DNA of 64,000 bases from an uncultured bacterium (lineage in GTDB: Bacteria > Margulisbacteria > Termititenacia > CAZZFK01). Made by a program: the position numbers and the translations under genes. Numbering within the stretch: position 1 is the stretch's first letter; each line of letters begins with the position of its first letter. The stretch is from contig CAZZFK010000001.1 in assembly GCA_964653455.1 (NCBI GenBank), forward strand, positions 158,179 through 222,178. The letters run 5' to 3'. The notes under the pieces were generated by a model, which was not told the DNA's origin, made no database searches, and was given only the letters and a program-made list of their open reading frames with translations. Below are positions 57,532 through 64,000 of this stretch, in pieces.

Positions 57532-58608
57532 ATGCTGCTGAAAGACAAAGGTCTTCGCGCAACAAAAAAGAAAGTCCTGTCCAAGAACGTTAACCAGGTC
57601 TCTGTCGGCCCGAGAACGACCGTCAGTGAACTGCTGGACGAGTTCAAAGGGGCCTCTATACAGGCCCGGAACCTCGGCGCCTGCGCGGACGTCCTGGAAC
57701 GGATGCTTCGTGACAAAAAACGGCCGACGATACTGCTGGGACTGGCAGGACCGCTCATCGCGGCCGGTCTGCGCAACGTCATCCGCGGCATGATCGAGAA
57801 CAACATGGTGGACGTCATCGTCTCCACGGGGGCCATCATGTACCAGGACATTTATCAGGCACGCGGCAATCAGCATTTTGTCGGGACCCCGCAGGCCGAT
57901 GACGGAAAGCTCGCGGACCTCTATATCAACCGCATCTATGATACGTACATTGACGAGGAGAAATTCTGGGAAACGGATTGTTCCGTCTCGCGCTTTGCGG
58001 ATACGCTCGAAGTACGCGACTATTCGACCCGGGAATTCATGGAGCTGCTCGGCACGAAGTTCGTGAGCGCAAAGGATTCCATCGTCTGCACCGCGGCAAA
58101 AAAAGGTGTCCCGATATTCGTTCCGGCACTGAACGACTCCAGCTTGGGCATCGGATTGACCGACCATTATCATCGTGCCCGCAAGAACGGGCGCACCCCT
58201 ATCACGATCAGCTCGATACGGGATAATTATGAACTCGCCCAGATCGTGGCCAAGTCCAAAGAGACCGCGGCCATCTATATCGCCGGCGGTGTGCCAAAGA
58301 ACTACATCAATGATGCTGTCGTCATGACCTATATCTTTGATATCGAGGACATGCATAAGCACGGGCACAAGTACGCCCTCCAGCTCACGACGGATGTCCC
58401 GCACTGGGGCGGACTTTCCGGCTCGACGCTGCACGAGGCGAAATCCTGGGGAAAGGTCGATAAAAAAGCGAACACCGCTATGGCGTTCGTGGAACCTTCG
58501 GTCTCCCTGCCGCTGCTCTACGGCCATGCGCTGCAGAAAAAAGCATCGGCCGGACGCAAGCCGCTCAGGTTCGTCTGGGACCAGGACCTGCTGACCTCTT
58601 TGCGCTAA
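57532..58608 (+). CDS. deoxyhypusine synthase-like protein
   Basis: LLGLAGPLIAAGLRNVIRGMIENNMVDVIVSTGA and AGGVPKNY resemble the DHS NAD-binding core; start at ATG 57532 with AAGGAGAG upstream. Confidence 0.7.
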   Translation: MLLKDKGLRATKKKVLSKNVNQVSVGPRTTVSELLDEFKGASIQARNLGACADVLERMLRDKKRPTILLGLAGPLIAAGLRNVIRGMIENNMVDVIVSTGAIMYQDIYQARGNQHFVGTPQADDGKLADLYINRIYDTYIDEEKFWETDCSVSRFADTLEVRDYSTREFMELLGTKFVSAKDSIVCTAAKKGVPIFVPALNDSSLGIGLTDHYHRARKNGRTPITISSIRDNYELAQIVAKSKETAAIYIAGGVPKNYINDAVVMTYIFDIEDMHKHGHKYALQLTTDVPHWGGLSGSTLHEAKSWGKVDKKANTAMAFVEPSVSLPLLYGHALQKKASAGRKPLRFVWDQDLLTSLR

Positions 58609-58704
58609 GCGCTGGCACACTGACCATTTGTTCATGGTCAGTGAAATTACAGAAGATTATGTTCGACACCTTACAGGGATACGTTCGCTATAAGGAGCCG
58701 ATAT

Positions 58705-59169
58705 ATGTTGCACAAGATCGTCGAACATACCGTAACGCCAGTCTGGACCGAAGAAGAAGATGTCGACCAGGACGACCTGATCCTTCCCAAGCACATTGAA
58801 TCATGGACAACAACGGTCAACATGTTCAAAAGCACCTGCTCACTGCTCAACGATGTGCAAGAGCTTATCTCCTTTCTGAAAGAATACTGGGATGATTTTC
58901 TTATGGACACCGCGGTCCTAGACGATAAAAGAAAGGAACTCGTCAGGATCATGGGTATCATCCGCATCGATCTGAGCAAGTACATTTTTGCCGGATTTTT
59001 CGAACGATACGCCCACGCCGAACACAGAGAACAGTTCTTGAACGATCTCCGTTCAATACTACAGGACCCGGTCTCCCGCAAGGTCCTGAACAATAAACAT
59101 CTTAAAAGCATGAAGATATCTCTGGACTATATCGATACGCTCAAAGGAACGTTATTGCCGCCTGAATGA
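58705..59169 (+). CDS. hypothetical protein (154 aa)
   Basis: TAAGGAG upstream of the ATG; no motif recognised. Confidence 0.5.
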   Translation: MLHKIVEHTVTPVWTEEEDVDQDDLILPKHIESWTTTVNMFKSTCSLLNDVQELISFLKEYWDDFLMDTAVLDDKRKELVRIMGIIRIDLSKYIFAGFFERYAHAEHREQFLNDLRSILQDPVSRKVLNNKHLKSMKISLDYIDTLKGTLLPPE

Positions 59170-59194
59170 CCGACCGTGTGAAAACACCTTGCCA

Positions 59195-60973
59195 CTAGCG
59201 CGATTGACGCCGCATGTTGTCGATACCTTGATCGAGCGGCGAATCGTCATGATCATCCGCCCAGATATCGCAGAATTCAAGGGTGGAGCTGATCGGCGGC
59301 GCGTTCGGAGGGGTGACCTTGATGCGCAACGGTAACAATACCGCATCACCGATGACGATCAATTCTCCGATGCCCAATATCGGCAGTGATTCCACAAGTC
59401 CGGACATACCGTCCGGCATGAGCTTCTTCACTATCTCCTGGTCCATCGAATTGGTCAAACGCAAGGTCATGATGTTGCCGCATTGGCTCAAGATGCCCGG
59501 ATTCACGTCAGCCGGACGCTGACTGACCACCATCAGGGCGACCCCGTATTTCCGGCCTTCCTTGGCGATACGTTGAAAATTAAAGAGCGTATTCCGCTGC
59601 ATGGCGTTCGCGATCTCCGTCGGCGGCAGGTACAGATGGGCCTCATCGCAGACCATGACCACCGGATGACGGTCCGTCGGCTCGTTCCAGAACTGCACCA
59701 GGAACAGGAACCGGCCGATGGTCGAGATGATGACCGGGAGCATTTCGCTCGGCACCATGGAAAAGTCGATTATCTTGATGCCGGGGTTCGTCTTGTCCAA
59801 CTTACCCGTACCCAGCAATATTTTCACGAACTTATTGATATAGTCGAAATCAAAAACATATTTCGGTCCTTCAAAAAGGAAGTTATAGCGTTTATCAGCC
59901 TTCTTTGCTTCGATACGCGGGATGAACCGGTCGAACTTGCCGTAGTACGGCCCGGCCGTGACATTGCCCAGACCGATGCCGGGAACGAGCTCTTTATTGA
60001 TGCGCTTCAGTTTTGTCAGGACCTCGTTCATGTCGTACGGTATCGGACTGTCAATGGTAAAGGATTTGATATAGCGCTCCTGCTTATGTTCTTTCAAGTA
60101 CTGCAGTTTCTCGTTCTTGATGATCTCATGCAGGACCAGGGCGTGCGTCGGAGCGTCCGGATCATGATTATCCACAAGCACCGTCAATAATTCCTCATAG
60201 CTCAGGAACCAGGCAGGCATGAAGAGAGATTCATCCGTGGGATTCGCGGAATCCGCAGGCGTGGCGATATGCAGCGACTTCGCGTAATGCAGGCCTTTAT
60301 ATTCACCGTGGATATCGAAAATGACCACATTGGCGCTGTTGAGCTCGGCGACCTTCTCGATGATCGTGGACACGGTCCAGGATTTTCCGCAGCCGGAACT
60401 GCCCAGGAGCGCCACATGCCGCTGAAAAAGCTTGTTGCCGTTCACGTACGCGACCACGTCCTTGTCCAGGACATAGTTGCCAAAAGGCAGATCGGCGTTC
60501 GTGCGGCTCTCCGAGATACCGCCCATAAAGAACGCCAGATCGGGTCCTTCGAGCGCAAAGCAGGGAGCTTCGACATCAGCGACGTTAATGACAGCACGCG
60601 TAAAGCTCCCCTTATGCGTACGCTTATTGATCATGAACGTGCCGATGAGACCTATCTCGGCGATATGTTTTTTCTCCAGGTCCGTCGCCCCGTCCCCTTC
60701 CAGCGTGTTCTCGATACGTCCGATCAGGAACTCATGCTCACGTACCCGGACCGCACACAACCGGTCGACGCGGGCTATTTTCAGTTTTTCAATGGATGCG
60801 ACACGCATACGCAGACGCGTACTGGTCACTTCAAAGATGGTCCCTATGAATTCTTCTTCCGAAAAATCAAATACAGGCGCAGTATCTGCGTTCTCAAGCC
60901 GTGCGATCTCCTTCGCACTGGCCGAGGTCTCCTGCCCTGTTCGCTGTGTGGCTTTATCCTTCATGTGGCCCAT
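59195..60973 (-). CDS. HerA-like (DUF87, FtsK/HerA superfamily) ATPase
   Basis: Walker A GSSGCGKSWTV, Walker B VVMVCDEAHLYLP and the family-typical LMVVSQRPADVNPGILSQCGN; start may be the internal ATG at 60964, which has better spacing to GAGGGGG. Confidence 0.7.
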   Translation of the reverse strand: MGHMKDKATQRTGQETSASAKEIARLENADTAPVFDFSEEEFIGTIFEVTSTRLRMRVASIEKLKIARVDRLCAVRVREHEFLIGRIENTLEGDGATDLEKKHIAEIGLIGTFMINKRTHKGSFTRAVINVADVEAPCFALEGPDLAFFMGGISESRTNADLPFGNYVLDKDVVAYVNGNKLFQRHVALLGSSGCGKSWTVSTIIEKVAELNSANVVIFDIHGEYKGLHYAKSLHIATPADSANPTDESLFMPAWFLSYEELLTVLVDNHDPDAPTHALVLHEIIKNEKLQYLKEHKQERYIKSFTIDSPIPYDMNEVLTKLKRINKELVPGIGLGNVTAGPYYGKFDRFIPRIEAKKADKRYNFLFEGPKYVFDFDYINKFVKILLGTGKLDKTNPGIKIIDFSMVPSEMLPVIISTIGRFLFLVQFWNEPTDRHPVVMVCDEAHLYLPPTEIANAMQRNTLFNFQRIAKEGRKYGVALMVVSQRPADVNPGILSQCGNIMTLRLTNSMDQEIVKKLMPDGMSGLVESLPILGIGELIVIGDAVLLPLRIKVTPPNAPPISSTLEFCDIWADDHDDSPLDQGIDNMRRQSR

Positions 60974-61099
60974 ACCCCCTCATCGGCATGACGGTACTTT
61001 CACAATCAGGTATGCCCACTTTCGGCGGATTATATACCTGTCTATTTTCGATTGAAATTACCGAAAAAACACTGCGATAATACGATCAAGGAGCTGTAC

Positions 61100-61654
61100 A
61101 TGCGGACAAAGATCATATCTTTTCACTACCAGGGAAAAGCGGAACAAAAACCGTACGGACCGACAGAACAGTGCCGGCTTGACGCACTGAACATGTTCAA
61201 CATGCATGCCGAACGTTCGCTCACCAAGCTCGATGAACTGTTATTGGACACTGTGACCAACAGAAGCAAAACACCGACCCGTGAAGTATATACCGCGGTA
61301 CAAGAATTCAATACCTTACTGACGACCCTGAAAGAGAACGATCTTTTTGGCCGGTATGGTCCGGGATATGTCATGACGTTCCGTCAAAAGCTCTATGAAT
61401 TACAAGAAAAATATCGAACATGGTTCACGGTCATGAGCTTTGACCGGGACATAGGAACGCTCTGCACATTCTGCAAAGAGCTAGGAGTGCAGGACATCAA
61501 AAAAAACAAGCGAAGAATAAAAACGACCACCGCCGAGAGTGGACCGGAGATCGTCGCAACAGTATCCGAACAGGAAAAGACCGACGGAACACAACTGCCG
61601 GCGGAAGGTCCAACGTTCAGGAACATCCTGGCAAGGTTCAAACGCCGTCCGTGA
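61100..61654 (+). CDS. hypothetical protein (about 184 aa)
   Basis: ATG 61100 with AAGGAG 8 nt upstream (the track starts at 61052); no motif recognised. Confidence 0.5.
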   Translation: MRTKIISFHYQGKAEQKPYGPTEQCRLDALNMFNMHAERSLTKLDELLLDTVTNRSKTPTREVYTAVQEFNTLLTTLKENDLFGRYGPGYVMTFRQKLYELQEKYRTWFTVMSFDRDIGTLCTFCKELGVQDIKKNKRRIKTTTAESGPEIVATVSEQEKTDGTQLPAEGPTFRNILARFKRRP

Positions 61655-61655
61655 C

Positions 61656-62351
61656 CTAAAGCTGCCAGCCCATCTCCTCGAGCGCCGCAAGAGCTGACGG
61701 GCAATTATTCGCTTTTTTGACCACCGCGAACATCTGACGGGCCACTTCCTGTATCTCTGGCTGGGCATGCGGATCGAGCCTCAGCTTGAAGAAGTTCGCC
61801 AGACTGCGCAGATTGAACGTGGTCGTCACTTTCGTGTAGTACGCCGTCCCGAGCACGCCGCGCAGGATCTCGCGAGCGCGTTTATACTCATCGTTCGTGA
61901 TGGTACCGGCCTTTTCGGCAGCACGATATTGTTCAAGCCGTTTTTTGTACAACTCGAACGCCTTTTTATTGACCTCATCCCACTCTTTCACAAGGTTCGC
62001 ATCCCCGACCTTTTTCGCGATAGCCTCGACATCCTCAGGGATCGAAAGGAACTCCTCCGGCAGGGTCCGATAGCGTCCGCTCATCTCGTTCGGGGACTGC
62101 ATACGATGACGCATGAACTGGCGGGAAACGAATATGGGCATGGAGATATAAAAACGATAGACGATCTGTTCCACCGGGCTGCTGTGCCGGTCCAGCACGA
62201 GCTGACGAACGACCCGAGCGACATCCTCATCGGACCTTTTCTCTTTTTTCTGTTGATCCAGGCTGCTCGTCCATGCGGCATTGGCGATATCGCGGTCCGA
62301 CCCGAAATATCCCAACAATTCGACATAAATACCTTTTTTTTCTTCGCTCAT
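61656..62351 (-). CDS. thyX: flavin-dependent thymidylate synthase ThyX
   Basis: ThyX signature R.FMRHRMQSPNEMSGRY (RHR...S...SGRY); 231 aa. Confidence 0.85.
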   Translation of the reverse strand: MSEEKKGIYVELLGYFGSDRDIANAAWTSSLDQQKKEKRSDEDVARVVRQLVLDRHSSPVEQIVYRFYISMPIFVSRQFMRHRMQSPNEMSGRYRTLPEEFLSIPEDVEAIAKKVGDANLVKEWDEVNKKAFELYKKRLEQYRAAEKAGTITNDEYKRAREILRGVLGTAYYTKVTTTFNLRSLANFFKLRLDPHAQPEIQEVARQMFAVVKKANNCPSALAALEEMGWQL

Positions 62352-62384
62352 ATGAACAACTCCTTGTACTACCGGACCCCGGGA

Positions 62385-63248
62385 TTATAACGTGAACCCG
62401 TGATCTTTGATAAGGCGCTCGATCGTCTGCTCCACCAGGTACTCGGGCGCCGAAGCTCCGGAAGATATCCCCAGCGTATCGATCCCGCTCAACCACGAAG
62501 GGTCTATGTCATCCTTTGAGTCGATCAGGTAGGCGCGAACGCCTTCGGTGTTCGCGACCTCGCGGAGCTTTTTTGAATTGGAACTGTTGAGCGAGCCGAG
62601 GATCAGGATCATATCGACCTTTTTAGCGAGCGCTCTCACGGAGAGCTGCCTGTCGGTCGTGGCGCGGCACAGGTCCTTTTTGTCCGGGAACTCGACGCGC
62701 GGTATCCGGCCCTTGATACGTTCGAACAAACGTTCCGTCTCGAAAATATTCAGGGTCGTCTGGGTCAGGACAACGTACCGTGCTTTGCCGGGGACGATAT
62801 GGTCTATGTCAGATTCGGTCTCTACGACCGAAACATTCCCGGGCGCTTCACCAAGAACGCCGATCGCTTCTTCATGTTTTTTATTACCTATATAGATGAT
62901 GTGGTATCCTCGGGAACCATAATCGACCGCTTCAGCATGGACCTTTTCCACCAGGGGACAGGTCGCGTCCATGATGACCAGACCGTGCGAGCTGAGCTTT
63001 GTGCGTATCTGCGGTGAGATCCCATGCGCGGAAATGATGACCGTGGCGCCTTTCGGAATACTGTCCGCATCCTGGGTGAAGGTCACGCCCTGAGCAGCAA
63101 GTTGCCCAACGATCATCTTATTATGGACGATCTCATTGAAGACATACAACGGTTTCCGCTTTTCATCGAGCGCTTTCTGGACGATACCGAGCGCCCGTTC
63201 GACCCCGAAACAGAAACCGCGGGGATCAGCGAGCAGTATTTTCTTCAT
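62385..63248 (-). CDS. ispH: 4-hydroxy-3-methylbut-2-enyl diphosphate reductase IspH
   Basis: N-terminal LADPRGFCFGVERA, conserved Cys (DATCPLV) and the C-terminal SSNS motif; 287 aa. Confidence 0.9.
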   Translation of the reverse strand: MKKILLADPRGFCFGVERALGIVQKALDEKRKPLYVFNEIVHNKMIVGQLAAQGVTFTQDADSIPKGATVIISAHGISPQIRTKLSSHGLVIMDATCPLVEKVHAEAVDYGSRGYHIIYIGNKKHEEAIGVLGEAPGNVSVVETESDIDHIVPGKARYVVLTQTTLNIFETERLFERIKGRIPRVEFPDKKDLCRATTDRQLSVRALAKKVDMILILGSLNSSNSKKLREVANTEGVRAYLIDSKDDIDPSWLSGIDTLGISSGASAPEYLVEQTIERLIKDHGFTL

Positions 63249-63335
63249 ATGACCATGCCTCTCTATTGAGATACAACGTCCATATGTGTACGTCGAGCTA
63301 TCGACCCCACTGGACTTCCGACCTGCGACTTAGGA

Positions 63336-64000
63336 CTAAAGACTTATCTTGATCCCCACCGGACAATGGTCTGACCCCATGACCTCGGGCAGGATGAACG
63401 CATCCGTGACCGCGGACCGCAGCTCCTCGGAAACGAAGAAATAATCGATCCTCCAGCCGATGTTCCGCTCACGGGCACGCGTCTTCTGGTCCCACCAGGA
63501 GTATTGTTCCGGCTTTTCATTGAACATGCGGAAGGTATCAACATACCCATGGTCAAGAAGAGCATCTATCCACTTGCGCTCACTCGGCAGGAACCCCGAT
63601 GTCTTCTCGTTCTCTTTAGGCCGCGCCAGATCGATCTCCTTATGCGCTGTGTTCACGTCGCCGCAAATAACAATCTTTTTTCCGGCCTTACGTAACTTCT
63701 CGCAGTAGGAGAGCGTCGCATCATAGAAGTCCATTTTATACTGCAACCGTTCCGCATCCTTTTTTCCATTGGGAAAGTAGATATTGAGCAGCGTAAATCC
63801 GGGATGCTCCGTGATGCACACGCGGCCTTCGAGGTCGAACTTCTTGATACCGAAACCGTTCTGAACGGAAAGCGGTCTTTCTTTACAGAACGTCGCCACA
63901 CCGCTGTAGCCTTTTTTCTCGGCGGAACAAAAATGAACGATATAGCCTTCGGGGGCCTTCAGTTCATCGGATAATTGCTCAGGGAGCGCTTTGGTCTCCT
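63336..64000 (-). CDS. xthA: exodeoxyribonuclease III (ExoIII/APE family), N-terminus beyond the window end
   Basis: C-terminal ...RIDYFFVS...SDHCPV and central GDVNTAH motifs; the frame stays open upstream of the track start to position 64000 (ETKALPEQ...KKGYSGVA), so the gene is truncated by the window. Confidence 0.8.
   Translation of the reverse strand, partial: ETKALPEQLSDELKAPEGYIVHFCSAEKKGYSGVATFCKERPLSVQNGFGIKKFDLEGRVCITEHPGFTLLNIYFPNGKKDAERLQYKMDFYDATLSYCEKLRKAGKKIVICGDVNTAHKEIDLARPKENEKTSGFLPSERKWIDALLDHGYVDTFRMFNEKPEQYSWWDQKTRARERNIGWRIDYFFVSEELRSAVTDAFILPEVMGSDHCPVGIKISL

Noticed and set aside
59483-60991. Plus-strand ORFs of 235 and 240 aa
   Set aside because: Antisense to the HerA-like ATPase gene, which carries Walker A and B motifs; shadow ORFs
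1-64000. Whole-window scan for tRNA, rRNA, transposase or integrase genes
   Set aside because: No tRNA-like sequence found in intergenic regions, no rRNA-like stretch, and no ORF with transposase or integrase motifs; none reported

Overview
Bacterial chromosomal segment of 64 kb, densely coding on both strands (about 55 protein genes). I found no rRNA, tRNA, CRISPR array, transposase or integrase. All calls are from reading the six-frame translations and the DNA by eye; nothing was searched against a database, and the composition statements are visual impressions, not computed values. Recognisable core genes: efp, prfC, an rRNA pseudouridine synthase, a phosphoglycerate kinase-family protein, phosphofructokinase, SufC plus a short SufB/D, thyX, ispH, xthA (partial at the window end), CorA, a U32 peptidase, a deoxyhypusine synthase-like protein and HydF with a small adjacent ACT-like protein. 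Operon-like modules: a translationally coupled MarR / TolC-like / HlyD / 2x ABC ATPase / 2x ABC-2 permease efflux operon; a STAS / GspE / GspF / three-pseudopilin cluster (type II secretion or type IV pilus-like); and two adjacent large c-di-GMP signalling proteins. The content (FeFe-hydrogenase maturase, thyX, short SufB/D with SufC) suggests an anaerobe, but taxonomy cannot be assigned from the sequence alone. Best candidates for something undescribed: (1) an AT-rich island at about 38.5-42.5 kb with a WYL-domain regulator and a TPR protein carrying an unassigned C-terminal domain; (2) a co-directional block at 10.4-17.4 kb of three large uncharacterised proteins, two of them tandem paralogs with a UBA/EF-Ts-like C-terminal motif; (3) a fused PD-(D/E)XK plus DEDD-like nuclease; (4) an orphan HerA-like ATPase; (5) a 22-residue lysine-rich micropeptide behind an extended -10 promoter; (6) C-rich/G-rich self-complementary elements at two intra-operon junctions that could occlude the downstream Shine-Dalgarno.
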